NCBI RefSeq assembly: GCF_001644705.1
Contig: NZ_CP015137.1
Span: forward strand, 1,950,001-1,982,000
DNA from: Dickeya solani IPO 2222
GTDB lineage: Bacteria; Pseudomonadota; Gammaproteobacteria; Enterobacterales; Enterobacteriaceae
Direction of reading: 5' to 3'
Length of the DNA: 32,000 bases
Part shown: piece after piece, positions 7,590-17,566 of the stretch
Numbering within the stretch: position 1 is the first letter of the stretch
Layout of the letters: every line of letters starts with the position of its first letter
Position numbers and translations under genes: made by a program
Notes under the pieces: model-generated
The model's input: only the letters and a program-made list of their open reading frames with translations
The model's database searches: none
Told to the model about the DNA's origin: nothing

Positions 7590-8522
7590 ATGACGACGAA
7601 GAATATTGCGATTATTGGCGAGTGCATGATTGAACTGTCACAGAAAGGCGCGGATCTCAACCGCGGTTTTGGTGGCGATACCCTCAACACCGCCGTCTAC
7701 ATCTCCCGTCAGGTAAAACCAGACACGCTTGACGTACACTACGTCACCGCGCTGGGTACCGACTCATTCAGTAGCGAAATGATGGCTTCCTGGCAAAAGG
7801 AAGGGGTCAAAACCGACCTGATCCAGCGTCTGGACAACAAACTGCCGGGGCTGTATTTCATCGAAACCGACGCCACCGGCGAGCGCACCTTTTACTACTG
7901 GCGTAACGATGCCGCGGCCCGTTACTGGCTGGAAAGCCCGGATGCCGACACCATCAGCCAGCAACTGGCGCAGTTCGATTACATCTACCTGAGCGGCATC
8001 AGTCTGGCGATCCTGAATCAAGCCAGTCGCGCACGTCTGCTGACGGTGCTGCGCGCCTGCCGCGCCAACGGCGGCAAGGTGATTTTCGACAACAATTACC
8101 GCCCGCGCCTGTGGCAGAGCAAGGAAGAAACCCGTCAAGCGTACAGCGATATGCTGGCCTGCACCGATATCGCGTTCCTGACGTTGGACGACGAAGATAT
8201 GTTGTGGGGCGAACTGCCGGTGGACGAGGTGCTGAAACGCACTCATGGCGCCGGGGTGACGGAAGTGGTGATCAAACGCGGCGCCGACGCCTGTCTGGTT
8301 TCTATCCAGGGCGAAGCGCTGTTGGAAGTCCCGGCGATAAAGCTGCCCAAAGAGAAAGTCGTCGACACGACAGCAGCGGGCGATTCGTTCAGCGCCGGCT
8401 ACCTGTCCGTGCGCCTGAACGGCGGCAACGCGCAGGATGCCGCCAAACGCGGCCATCTCACCGCCAGCACCGTGATCCAGTATCGCGGCGCGATTATTCC
8501 GCTGGAAGCCATGCCTGCCTGA
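7590..8522 (+). CDS. kdgK: 2-dehydro-3-deoxygluconokinase KdgK
   Basis: Near-colinear identity to E. coli KdgK ('IAIIGECMIELS', 'GFGGDTLNT', 'DTTAAGDSFSAGYL', 'HLTASTVIQYRGAIIP'). True start is 'MTTKNIA' at 7590, not the track start at 7512. Confidence 0.95.
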   Translation: MTTKNIAIIGECMIELSQKGADLNRGFGGDTLNTAVYISRQVKPDTLDVHYVTALGTDSFSSEMMASWQKEGVKTDLIQRLDNKLPGLYFIETDATGERTFYYWRNDAAARYWLESPDADTISQQLAQFDYIYLSGISLAILNQASRARLLTVLRACRANGGKVIFDNNYRPRLWQSKEETRQAYSDMLACTDIAFLTLDDEDMLWGELPVDEVLKRTHGAGVTEVVIKRGADACLVSIQGEALLEVPAIKLPKEKVVDTTAAGDSFSAGYLSVRLNGGNAQDAAKRGHLTASTVIQYRGAIIPLEAMPA

Positions 8523-8545
8523 GCAGGGTCACGCTGCTGACTCAA

Positions 8546-8592
8546 TAAAAAACGCCGGTTCAGTCTGTTATGCTGAACCGGCGTTTTTGTTA
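8546..8592. terminator. Bidirectional rho-independent terminator (kdgK / yhjJ)
   Basis: AACGCCGGTTCAG (8551-8563) pairs with CTGAACCGGCGTT (8573-8585). It is flanked by an A-run upstream and a T-run downstream, so it can act on both strands. Confidence 0.85.
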
Positions 8593-8667
8593 ACCGGAGT
8601 TGTTGTTTTTGTCGGTGCGACCCACGTTTCCGTCTCAATGCGCCGTACCCGCAGGCACGGCGGGGTG

Positions 8668-10161
8668 TTAACGCACCGCCGAGGTTTCGTCCTGCGACGC
8701 TTTGGCGGCATCCGGCGCGGCGGAAGCGGCGCCATTATCGGGCTGCATGATGCTCATGTAGGTTTCCCGCAGCGCCTTCATGTTAGCTTCCGGCTCGCCC
8801 TGCGGCTGTAGCATCACCAGCGTCGCCTCCTGAGACAACTGCTGATGCAGCTCCTGATTCAGCATCTCCAGTGTGACAGACGACAGGTAGCTCTGGCGCA
8901 GTTTCTGATACTGCTCCGGCGCAATGTCCACCACCCCGTTTTTCTGCGAACGCAGGCGCTGATCCATCAGAATATCGGTACTGGCGCGGGCATAGGTGGC
9001 GAACAGCTTACTCAGTTCTTCCGTCTTGCGCGCCATCAGCGTGTCAAACTCCGCCTGAGACAGCCCCTTGTCCCGCAGCGCCAGCAGCTCTTTGCTCAGG
9101 AACGTTACGCCGGCCTGCGCCGATTCGCTGGTGACATTGTCCAGATGGATGGCGCACTGGGCGCGGCCATACACCACATTGCAGTCAAAACGCACATTAG
9201 TGTCTTTCAGCGGACTTTTGGTCAACACCTGCTGCATATGCCAGAACAGCGCCTCGCGCGCCAAATCACTATGCCAGTAGCGGGCCAGCGCCTGAGAATC
9301 GCGGATGGGCTGCCACGGCATGTCCCACACCAACGACAGGATGTCCTGCCTCATGCTGCTGTCCATCAGGCTGATCGGCGTCGATGGCATTGCGGACAAC
9401 GTCGGCAGCGGAGAAGGCGTCACCCGTTTGCCCTGCAACGGCGAGAACACTCTGTCGATCTGCTCGGCGATGACGCGACTGTCGACGTTACCCACCACAT
9501 ACAGCGTCATGGCGTCAGGGGTGTACCAGGTTTTGTAGTATTTGCTCAGTTGTTCGGCATTCACCGACGGCTTGAGCGGTTGCCCCGGCGCATACGACAA
9601 CAGCGACGAGCCTTTCAGACGATAACGCCAGCTCGGGTCTTGCGGATTGGTCGGCGCGGTCGCCACCGGGTCAATCATCTTCGTCGCCGACGCGATGCGT
9701 TTATCATTAATCTGCAACTGGCCCGCGGTGTCCGCCAGCCAGCTCAGCGCATCTTTCAGCAGGTCAGGCCGGTTATTAGGCAGACTCAGATTATAAGAAG
9801 TAAAGTCATACGACGTGGTAGCCGGAGGCAACGGCCGGGTTTCGCTCTCAGACTGCTGCCACAACGATGGCAACTGCCCGGCGGAAAAGGTGTCGCGCGG
9901 CAACAACGCCAGACGCGGAATAAAATGGGAAAACCCCGTCTGTTGCGCATTTTCCGTCAGTGAACCGGTATTAATCATCAGCCGTAGTTCAATCCGGTCG
10001 CTGGGACGCTGGGGTGTTGCAAGAAGCTGCCAGCTAAAGCCGTTATCCAGCTTGCCCTGTTGCCAGGCGGGATCGGGTTGTAGTGCTTCAGCCTGCACGT
10101 TGCCGACGGCCGCCGCCAGCAACACTCCACCAACAAAAAGGCCAGATTTGGTGCCCTGCAT
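8668..10161 (-). CDS. yhjJ: Periplasmic M16-peptidase-like protein YhjJ
   Basis: Start at 'MQGTKSGLFVGGVLLAAAVGNVQA' (signal peptide, AGGGG SD) gives 497 aa, close to E. coli YhjJ as recalled (~498 aa), with long identical blocks ('LQPDPAWQQG', 'APEQYQKLRQ'). The position expected for the zinc motif HxxEH reads 'HFIPR', suggesting a non-catalytic homologue. Confidence 0.88.
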   Translation of the reverse strand: MQGTKSGLFVGGVLLAAAVGNVQAEALQPDPAWQQGKLDNGFSWQLLATPQRPSDRIELRLMINTGSLTENAQQTGFSHFIPRLALLPRDTFSAGQLPSLWQQSESETRPLPPATTSYDFTSYNLSLPNNRPDLLKDALSWLADTAGQLQINDKRIASATKMIDPVATAPTNPQDPSWRYRLKGSSLLSYAPGQPLKPSVNAEQLSKYYKTWYTPDAMTLYVVGNVDSRVIAEQIDRVFSPLQGKRVTPSPLPTLSAMPSTPISLMDSSMRQDILSLVWDMPWQPIRDSQALARYWHSDLAREALFWHMQQVLTKSPLKDTNVRFDCNVVYGRAQCAIHLDNVTSESAQAGVTFLSKELLALRDKGLSQAEFDTLMARKTEELSKLFATYARASTDILMDQRLRSQKNGVVDIAPEQYQKLRQSYLSSVTLEMLNQELHQQLSQEATLVMLQPQGEPEANMKALRETYMSIMQPDNGAASAAPDAAKASQDETSAVR

Positions 10162-10371
10162 GTGAACCCCTACTTTAATCACTAACCAATACAGTATGTT
10201 TTTGTGAATTCGGGCGACATCATCCTGCCACCTCACGTGTTATTCGCCTCACAAAAAATAGAGAAGCGAAGTGTACCATCACGTTGGACAGCGTGCTTTC
10301 GTCTATGTCACTCAACAACGTGAAATAAAGAGTAAAAAAGTTAAAGGCGTCTAAATCTAGCACAGAATGGA

Positions 10372-10410
10372 TAAGAATTACCCACAGCCCGCGAAGCGAA
10401 CTGTGGGTAA
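10372..10410 (-). terminator. dctA rho-independent terminator
   Basis: Perfect 10-bp inverted repeat TTACCCACAG (10378-10387) / CTGTGGGTAA (10401-10410). On the minus strand it is followed by TTCTTATCC. Confidence 0.7.
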
Positions 10411-10438
10411 CTGGCAGGAGGGAATCGGTGTTGAGCTA

Positions 10439-11725
10439 TCAGGACGGACGGGATTCCGCCGCCGGGCCGTCATCACGGCCGGACAACACGTTGTTCATCT
10501 GTTTGGAATCAAGCTGCTTACACCATTTGGCCACCACTACGGTCGCCACGCCGTTACCAACCAGGTTGGTCAGCGCGCGGGCTTCGGACATAAAGCGGTC
10601 AATGCCCAGAATCAGCGCCAGACCGGCAAGCGGCAGATGCCCTACGGCGGAGATGGTGGCTGCCAGCACGATAAAGCCGCTACCGGTCACGCCCGCCGCC
10701 CCTTTGGACGACAGCAGCAGCACCACCAGCAGGGTGATCTGATGCCAGATATCCATATGGCTGTTGGTGGCCTGAGCGATAAATACGGCCGCCATGGTCA
10801 GGTAAATCGAGGTGCCGTCCAGGTTGAAGGAGTAGCCGGTCGGAATCACCAGACCCACCACCGATTTTTTGCACCCCAGTTTTTCCATCTTCTCCAGCAT
10901 ACGCGGCAGCGCGGACTCGGAAGAGGAGGTACCCAGTACGATCAGCAGTTCTTCACGAATGTAGCGAATGAACTTGAAGATGCTGAAACCGGTGGCTCTG
11001 GCGATAGACCCCAGCACCAGCACCACAAACAGGATACAGGTGATGTAGAAGCAGATAATCAACTGCCCCAGCTGCACCAGCGTGCCCACGCCATACTTAC
11101 CGATGGTGAAGGCCATAGCGCCGAATGCTCCCAACGGCGCCAGACGCATGATCATGTTGATGATGCCGAAAATCACTTGGGAGAAACTTTCGATCACGTC
11201 GAAAATCAGCACGCCCTTGTCGCCCAGACGATGCAGCGCAAAACCGAACATCACCGCAAACAGCAGCACCTGCAGGATGTTGCCGCTGGCAAAAGCGCCA
11301 ATCACACTGGAAGGGATCACGTCCATCAGGAACGGCACCACGCCTTGCTTACCAGCTTCAGTGGCGTAGTTCGCCACCGCGGCCACGTTCAGCGACGCCG
11401 GATCCACGTTCATGCCCGCGCCGGGCTGCAGCACGTTCACCACCACCAGACCGATGATCAGCGCCAGCGTACTGACAACCTCAAAATAGAGCAGCGCGAT
11501 AGCGCCGGTACGCCCGACGGCTTTCATACTCTCCATCCCGGCGATCCCGGTGACGACGGTACAAAAGATCACAGGCGCGATCACCATTTTGATTAATTTC
11601 ACGAATCCATCGCCCAGAGGCTGCATCTGCTGCCCCAGCGCCGGGTAGAAGTGCCCCAGCAATATCCCTATGGTAATAGCTGCAAGTACCTGAAAGTAGA
11701 GACTTTTGAATATTGATTTTTTCAT
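10439..11725 (-). CDS. dctA: C4-dicarboxylate:cation symporter DctA
   Basis: Start at '[14 protein letters not shown]' (AAGGA SD) gives 428 aa, the length I recall for E. coli DctA. It shows the dicarboxylate/amino acid:cation symporter family pattern throughout. Confidence 0.95.
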   Translation of the reverse strand: MKKSIFKSLYFQVLAAITIGILLGHFYPALGQQMQPLGDGFVKLIKMVIAPVIFCTVVTGIAGMESMKAVGRTGAIALLYFEVVSTLALIIGLVVVNVLQPGAGMNVDPASLNVAAVANYATEAGKQGVVPFLMDVIPSSVIGAFASGNILQVLLFAVMFGFALHRLGDKGVLIFDVIESFSQVIFGIINMIMRLAPLGAFGAMAFTIGKYGVGTLVQLGQLIICFYITCILFVVLVLGSIARATGFSIFKFIRYIREELLIVLGTSSSESALPRMLEKMEKLGCKKSVVGLVIPTGYSFNLDGTSIYLTMAAVFIAQATNSHMDIWHQITLLVVLLLSSKGAAGVTGSGFIVLAATISAVGHLPLAGLALILGIDRFMSEARALTNLVGNGVATVVVAKWCKQLDSKQMNNVLSGRDDGPAAESRPS

Positions 11726-12003
11726 AGTGTGACGTCCTTTGATGGGAAAACACACGGGGGACAAAGAACGAAAAGTTGCCGCCTGTGCTTGCGCCGGAAA
11801 ATAACACCCTGATAACAGGCTGAATACTTTTATAACTTTAGTTTGTGAACATCCGGTTAAAAACAAGAGCTGAATCGCTTCAACAGATTCTTCCCAAAAA
11901 CATTGTATTAATTTATCGGTAACATCACGCATGACTAACGCGGCGTAAACCTCGCGGCAAACCGCGCTATTACTCTATTCTGCGCTGATTCATAAGAATT
12001 TTT

Positions 12004-12019
12004 TGTGAATAGGATCACG
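12004..12019. promoter_or_regulatory. CRP-like binding site upstream of dctA
   Basis: TGTGA-ATAGGA-TCACG against the consensus TGTGA-N6-TCACA. It lies about 285 nt upstream of the dctA ATG. dctA is CRP-dependent in E. coli. Confidence 0.45.
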
Positions 12020-12064
12020 AGTAACAATCAGGTTAACAAAGCGTGAAAAACGCTATATGCAGAG

Positions 12065-12104
12065 GGGTAAAAATGGGGGAAATGGCAAGGACATCGTCCT
12101 CGCC
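12065..12104 (-). terminator. bcs operon terminator (after bcsZ)
   Basis: On the minus strand GGCGAGGAC-GAU-GUCCUUGCC forms a 9-bp stem (one G.U pair), followed by AUUUCCCCCAUUUUUAC. It starts 20 nt after the bcsZ stop. Confidence 0.65.
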
Positions 12105-12123
12105 ATGTGTACCACAAAAGAGG

Positions 12124-13122
12124 TTATTTGCCGCGCGCCAACATCACCAGCAGGCGCAGGCTCGACGAGTAGTAATCTTCCGATGCGCCGGGCTGATCGC
12201 TGAGTCCGTCGAGGCTGCCCATCGTCAGGTCGCGCACCGCCAGTAAACCGCCCTGCATACTGTAAGTCGCGGTGTTACTGCTCAGCACATCAATCCAGGC
12301 CGGTGTCGTCAGGCGGGGATAATTACGCCAGTACAGCTGGAACGGCACCAGCGCCGTGGTTTTGGCGTCATACCAGTACAGATACAGCGGGATACGAATA
12401 GCGTCGTAACTGAAACGCGATGGCCAGGCCGTCGCCGGCGCCATCGATCCATCCGCGTTTAACGCCACCCAGTCCGTCGGCAACCCGACCTGACCGAAAC
12501 GCATTTCTCCGAGCAGAGACAGGCTGTCGTCAATCAGTTGCCGCCACACCTGAAGATGGCTGCGGTTAGCAAAGTCGCGCCAGGCCGGGAACAGGAAATA
12601 TGACGGGTTAAGGATCACGTAGCTGTTCTTGTTGAAACCATAGGCGCCGGGCAACATCACGGTGCGGCCCGCAAACTGAATGATATCGTTGGCGACGATC
12701 GCTTTCTGGATGCTGTCCGACGCCTGCAGATAACGGTTGTCCTGCCACTTATTTCCCGCTTTCAGCAACGCCCAGGCAATCAGCACATCGCCATCCGAGG
12801 CGTTGTTCTTATCCACCACCGGATTGGTCGCCGACGGATCGTAACGCCAGTAGAACAGACCGCTGGCCGTGTTCTGCAGGTGGCTTTGGGTCCAGTTCCA
12901 CAGACTATCGAACGCGATGCGGTCACCGTAATGCACCGCCATCAGCATGGCGAACCCCTGACCTTCGGTATGGCTAACATTCTTATTGCCGGTATCCTGA
13001 ATGCGCCCGTCCACGGTCATGAAACGACTTTTATAGATTTCCCAGCCGTTTGCCGCCGTAGCCGACACACTGAACCACAACATCAGCATCAACGCCCAAC
13101 CACGCCACATTGGCTTTCCCAT
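12124..13122 (-). CDS. bcsZ: Periplasmic endo-1,4-beta-glucanase BcsZ (GH8)
   Basis: 332 aa with a signal peptide ('...[11 protein letters not shown]'). Carries the GH8 catalytic-Glu motif '[10 protein letters not shown]'. GGAGG SD. Last gene of the bcs operon. Confidence 0.9.
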   Translation of the reverse strand: MGKPMWRGWALMLMLWFSVSATAANGWEIYKSRFMTVDGRIQDTGNKNVSHTEGQGFAMLMAVHYGDRIAFDSLWNWTQSHLQNTASGLFYWRYDPSATNPVVDKNNASDGDVLIAWALLKAGNKWQDNRYLQASDSIQKAIVANDIIQFAGRTVMLPGAYGFNKNSYVILNPSYFLFPAWRDFANRSHLQVWRQLIDDSLSLLGEMRFGQVGLPTDWVALNADGSMAPATAWPSRFSYDAIRIPLYLYWYDAKTTALVPFQLYWRNYPRLTTPAWIDVLSSNTATYSMQGGLLAVRDLTMGSLDGLSDQPGASEDYYSSSLRLLVMLARGK

Positions 13123-13134
13123 TACGCCTCCGGC

Positions 13135-13602
13135 TCAGTGTTGGTAACGGAACAGCAGGGTCGACTCGCTGTCGGTCTCTTCGCAGGACAGCGGCACAGA
13201 ATCGACGCCTCCCTGCTCACGCAGCCAGCGGCTGTAGAGCCCCTGCAACACCGCCGCCATCGCCATTCGCCATCTGACGCTGCCTGACGTGTTCACGGAA
13301 GCGGGCAACGCCAGGTGATAAATCTCCAGCCGGTTTTCATACGGGCGCAGGTCCACGCATCCCCAGTGGAACAGCGACAACACTCCATTGATCTCCCGCT
13401 CCAGATCCACCACCGTCACCGCCGCTGGCAGCGGGTAGCGTTCGGCCAGTTGCCCGCCCATGTGACGCAAAAACGCCAGCCCTTCCTGCTCACCGGCGTT
13501 ATCCATCATCCCGTTGACTATCACGCCGAACAGATCCGCCCAGCCGGACGGCAGTTGCTGCTGACGATAATAGTTCAGTGCATGCTGCTGCAGGTCACTC
13601 AT
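13135..13602 (-). CDS. bcsD: Cellulose synthase subunit D (BcsD/AcsD)
   Basis: 155 aa. 'LQGLYSRWL' and the surrounding region parallel Komagataeibacter AcsD 'LEGLYGRWV'. The size is typical of BcsD. The ATG lies 2 nt after the bcsC stop, with a GGAGG SD inside bcsC. Confidence 0.85.
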   Translation of the reverse strand: MSDLQQHALNYYRQQQLPSGWADLFGVIVNGMMDNAGEQEGLAFLRHMGGQLAERYPLPAAVTVVDLEREINGVLSLFHWGCVDLRPYENRLEIYHLALPASVNTSGSVRWRMAMAAVLQGLYSRWLREQGGVDSVPLSCEETDSESTLLFRYQH

Positions 13603-13604
13603 GC

Positions 13605-16600
13605 TTATTTGCCTCCGAGCCCGTAGCGGAAATAGAGCTGGGCCGTGGTTTCGTTATAGTTGCCAAAGGTGTCATAGCCCATCTGCCCGCCAACGGTCAC
13701 ATCTTTGGTGACGCGATAATCCGCGCCGACATGCACGTTATAGCCAATGCCGCTCTTGCTGTCGCCTGCGTAGTGGGATTCTTTAGCCAATCCCAGCGAC
13801 TCTGCCGACTCCAGCAACGTTTGCAAGTCAGAGTTATTGGGGAAGTAGGCGCTACGATCGCGGGAGTAAGACTGATAACCCACCGCGACCCCCGCCTTAA
13901 CACTCAGATCGTCGTATTTCTGGCTCCACTCCACCGGCAACGACACCGACACGTAGTCCTGCGGGCTGAAATAGCCTCCCTGACCGTAGCTGTAATACCC
14001 GAGGTTTTGGGAGAAATTCATCCAGCTCAAGCTAACGCCGGTTTTCAATTCGCGATCGCGGTCATGGAACGGTCGGATATAGGCGCCGGCATTCGCCATC
14101 ACGCCGGTATTGTTCTTCACATTTTCGCCGAGGTAACTGTAGGCGCCGCCACCGCCATAAAAACCGACATCGCCGTTGTCATAACTCAACAATACGTTGC
14201 CGCCGTTCTTGGTAACCTGCCCCCAATGCTTGCCGGTCAGCGTATCCTTGGCACCGACATACGACAACAGGCTATCCGTCACCGCACGACGCTCACCGGT
14301 CACTACCAGCGTCAGGAAGTCAGTCAGTTTGGGCGACCACTGCACCCCACCTACCAGCGTATTCAATTCCTGGCCCAACGGCGTACTGCCGAGATCGACT
14401 TTATAGTTCTTACCGATCAACGCCAGATTCAGTTCTGCGCCGGAAGCACGCTGCCCGCCAGGTGAATCGACATTCACCAGATCGATATTCGGCTTACGGG
14501 TCGAGTTCTGCAGGATGCTTTGCATATTTTGCAGATTCGCCAGCCCGGCGGTGGTAAGTGGGTTCAAATCGTTAAAACTGAGGTTAGGCACGTTGGCGCC
14601 ATTCGCACGCTCGTTTTGCAGCGTCTGAACAGCCGCACTAATCGACTGGGACAACGCCCCAGTGCCGAAACGCCGGCTGGTTGTACCGTCGGCTGCCCCA
14701 GCGTTCATGGTGATCGGCGTAACGCTAAAATTGATGCGTGAGCTACCAAATGAGCCGCTCGACCAGGTCAATGGCACCTTGGCTTCCGTCAACCGGCTGA
14801 GGCCCGAATCGCCATCACGGGCGCGAATCTGCACCCCGGTCTGCACCCAGCCGCCGGTATCCCGCTCCAGGTCAGCCATCATGCCGTTGATTTGGTTCAG
14901 CGTGGCAGTTTGTTGTTGCGTGGTGGTGGCTCCGTCCACCACCACCGCGGTGTCGCCAGTGGCGACACCGCTACGCTGCTGCCATGGCATCACGCTGCCA
15001 TAGCTGGAAGAACTGCTGGCGACACGGGTAGCCGCCGGGGTCGAGCGAGTGATGAACGGGTTGTCCGTCATCGCCAGTCCACCAATCGCAGGTGTGGCGC
15101 CAGGCATCGCGCCCTCCAGCCCCACCGCTTTCGAGCGGGCGGTTTTCAGGTAGGCCAGCGCCTGATCGCGGTTGCCTTCGGCGTCCGCAATCCGGGCCAG
15201 CAGCAGCAACCGCTCCGGTGTCTGCTCGCCCTGCAAGCCCGTAGACAGCGCGTGCGCCTTTTTAGGGTCATTACGCGCCAGCGCCACATTAATGGCGCCG
15301 ACGCGCGCTTCCTGCGTCGGGGTATCGTGCAACAACAGGTAGTCGTAAACGTCCGCCGCCTCTTTGTTCATTTTGCCGGACTGGTATAACCGGGCCATGG
15401 CGAACATCAGATCGGTATTTTTCGGATCGCGCTGCAACGCACGAGCCAGCGTGTCGTAAGCCTGCGCGTACTGCTGGTTCTCGCGCAGACGATCGGCCTC
15501 ACGCACCACGAAACCGGTACGTAACCCATCCAGTTGCGTCGCGCTGCTGCGCGCCACCAGTTCCGGGCGGCTTAACCACGACTGCGCTTCGTCGCTCAGC
15601 CCGGCCTGATTCAGCACCCCAACCTGATCGGCGTAATCGCCGGCGTTGCCCTGCACGCCGCGCTGCATGTTGTTGCGCACCACCGCCACCGCCGCGGCGG
15701 TATCGCCCGCCGCCGCCAGCGACCGGGCCAGTTTACCCGCATCAGCCGGGTTGTCCGGCGGTGTGACCGACAGCGCCCGCAAGGTGTTGGCTGCCGCGGC
15801 GTTCTCGCCCCGCGACAGATACACCTGAGCGGTCGCCATCTGTAAATTGAAATTGACCCGCCGCGCCAGACTCCGGGTATCTTCGTTCTGATTGCGCGGT
15901 GGAATACGCGACAGCAGCGTGCTGGCCTGCTGCCAGGCGTTATTTTCACTGGCGAACAGCGCTGCGGCATACAGTTCATCCGCACTGGCGCCGGCGCGGA
16001 ACAGCGGCTGCATCAACGACGTGGCGGCAGCCGTATTACCCTGCTGCTGATAAATCCGCGCCAGATCGAGCTTTAGCCAGCCATCGTTCGGGAAACGCTG
16101 AATACCCTGCTGCAACAGACCGATGGCCCGCGCGGTGTCGCCCGCCGCCAGCGCCTGTTTGGCTTCGTTGCGCACCGGCGCGCTGGTGGCGACCGGGTGC
16201 GGCGCCATGCTGCGACGCACATTCTCCGGCAAGGCCGCAAACAGGGTATTGGCCTCGCCGCCGCGGTTCTGCTCGCGCAGTACGTAATACAGCCCTTCTT
16301 TAGCGTTGCGGTTATCGGCGTCGGTTTGCAGGACGTCGCGATACAACCGTTCCGCCTGCGGAAAATTATTGCTGCGGCGCAACACATCGGCCCGGAACAG
16401 TTTCGCCGTCAGCCCCTTGTCGCCGCCGGCCTGCGCCAGCGGCTCGCTCAGGGTCAGCGCCTGCGCCGTATTGCCGCTCTTCATCGCCTGCTGGGCATTT
16501 GCCAGTTGGGCGTAGAAACGGGCATCTTCCGCCTGTTGCTGGCGCTGCGCGCTGTTCTCGCCGCCTTGCCGGGCCGCGCGCTCCAGATAGGTCGCCGCGG

Positions 16601-17555
16601 CGGCAAAATCGCCGCGCCGCTGGGCGGCATACCCCATCCCCGCCAGCGCATCCGCATCTTCCGGGTTAGCCTGCAACACCTGGCTGAACGCGGTTTGCGC
16701 GCTGGACAGATCGCCGCTGTTGAGTGCGGTAAACCCTTTGTCTTTCTCGCCGCCGCCCACATTTTTGCGGTAATAGTCCATCACCGCCGTATCCTGCGGG
16801 TGCCGCTGCTGATAGAGCTGATAGAACGGCGCATCCTCCGCTTTCGGCCCCAGCCACAGCAGCGCCTGCCGCATCGCCTGATCGGCATCGGCGCTGCCGG
16901 ACGCCAGCCCGCTCAGGATCTGCACCCCTTCGCGGCGGGTCGGCTCCTGATAGGTCAGCGCCTTGCCGAGCGCCACGGCGGCACTGGTGTCCTGCGGATG
17001 CGCCGCCGCAAACTCGCGCAGGTGATCAATCGCCTGCGGCAACAGCGTGCGGTCGCCCGCCATGGTCAGATAGTATTCCGCCGCGATGCTGGCGGGCGGC
17101 TGCGTGCCGCTGAACAGATTGCGCCAGGTTTGCAGCGAGGCGCTGATATTGCCGCTGCGCGCCTGCTGACGCGCCAGCGCCAGTTGCGCTTGCGGAATGG
17201 TCGCGGCCTGACGGGCGTTGTCCAGCTCCTGCAACAGCGGGTCCTGCGGCGACACCTTGCTCAGGCGTTCGCGCCATTTGGCCGCTTCGGCGCTGTCGCC
17301 GCTGTTTTGGGCGTACAGCGCCATCAGGTAAAGCGCGCGCGGGTTGTTGGCGTCCACCCTCAGGATTTTCTGCAGCGCGTCGCGGGCAAGATCGTCATGA
17401 GAGCGCTGATGCCAGTAATCCGCCTGCTCAAACAGCGCCTGCAGCGCCGGATTAGCCTGCGCCGCCAGCGCGGAGACCGACAGCACGCCGCCGACCACCA
17501 CCCCGGTGAGAGACAGTGACTGACGGATGCGGGCTGTTAATGTCGTCATCTTCAT
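13605..17555 (-). CDS. bcsC: Cellulose synthase outer-membrane/TPR subunit BcsC
   Basis: 1316 aa. Signal peptide, then a long TPR-like Ala/Leu/Gln-rich region, then a C-terminal beta-barrel-like region rich in alternating G/Y/S and ending 'QLYFRYGLGGK'. Confidence 0.93.
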   Translation of the reverse strand: MKMTTLTARIRQSLSLTGVVVGGVLSVSALAAQANPALQALFEQADYWHQRSHDDLARDALQKILRVDANNPRALYLMALYAQNSGDSAEAAKWRERLSKVSPQDPLLQELDNARQAATIPQAQLALARQQARSGNISASLQTWRNLFSGTQPPASIAAEYYLTMAGDRTLLPQAIDHLREFAAAHPQDTSAAVALGKALTYQEPTRREGVQILSGLASGSADADQAMRQALLWLGPKAEDAPFYQLYQQRHPQDTAVMDYYRKNVGGGEKDKGFTALNSGDLSSAQTAFSQVLQANPEDADALAGMGYAAQRRGDFAAAATYLERAARQGGENSAQRQQQAEDARFYAQLANAQQAMKSGNTAQALTLSEPLAQAGGDKGLTAKLFRADVLRRSNNFPQAERLYRDVLQTDADNRNAKEGLYYVLREQNRGGEANTLFAALPENVRRSMAPHPVATSAPVRNEAKQALAAGDTARAIGLLQQGIQRFPNDGWLKLDLARIYQQQGNTAAATSLMQPLFRAGASADELYAAALFASENNAWQQASTLLSRIPPRNQNEDTRSLARRVNFNLQMATAQVYLSRGENAAAANTLRALSVTPPDNPADAGKLARSLAAAGDTAAAVAVVRNNMQRGVQGNAGDYADQVGVLNQAGLSDEAQSWLSRPELVARSSATQLDGLRTGFVVREADRLRENQQYAQAYDTLARALQRDPKNTDLMFAMARLYQSGKMNKEAADVYDYLLLHDTPTQEARVGAINVALARNDPKKAHALSTGLQGEQTPERLLLLARIADAEGNRDQALAYLKTARSKAVGLEGAMPGATPAIGGLAMTDNPFITRSTPAATRVASSSSSYGSVMPWQQRSGVATGDTAVVVDGATTTQQQTATLNQINGMMADLERDTGGWVQTGVQIRARDGDSGLSRLTEAKVPLTWSSGSFGSSRINFSVTPITMNAGAADGTTSRRFGTGALSQSISAAVQTLQNERANGANVPNLSFNDLNPLTTAGLANLQNMQSILQNSTRKPNIDLVNVDSPGGQRASGAELNLALIGKNYKVDLGSTPLGQELNTLVGGVQWSPKLTDFLTLVVTGERRAVTDSLLSYVGAKDTLTGKHWGQVTKNGGNVLLSYDNGDVGFYGGGGAYSYLGENVKNNTGVMANAGAYIRPFHDRDRELKTGVSLSWMNFSQNLGYYSYGQGGYFSPQDYVSVSLPVEWSQKYDDLSVKAGVAVGYQSYSRDRSAYFPNNSDLQTLLESAESLGLAKESHYAGDSKSGIGYNVHVGADYRVTKDVTVGGQMGYDTFGNYNETTAQLYFRYGLGGK

Positions 17556-17566
17556 AGGTGGCTCGC

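Noticed and set aside
10367-11596. 409-aa plus-strand ORF antisense to dctA, with similar long antisense ORFs at 8845-9963 (372 aa, opposite yhjJ), 16197-17519 (440 aa, opposite bcsC), 13578-14465 (295 aa), 30242-31318 (358 aa, opposite dppF), 5055-5765 (236 aa, opposite yhhS) and 6268-7182 (304 aa, opposite yhjD)
   Set aside because: These are shadow ORFs of the kind common in GC-rich DNA. Their translations are R/Q/H/G/A-rich low-complexity strings with no recognisable motifs. Each overlaps a strongly supported conserved gene on the other strand.
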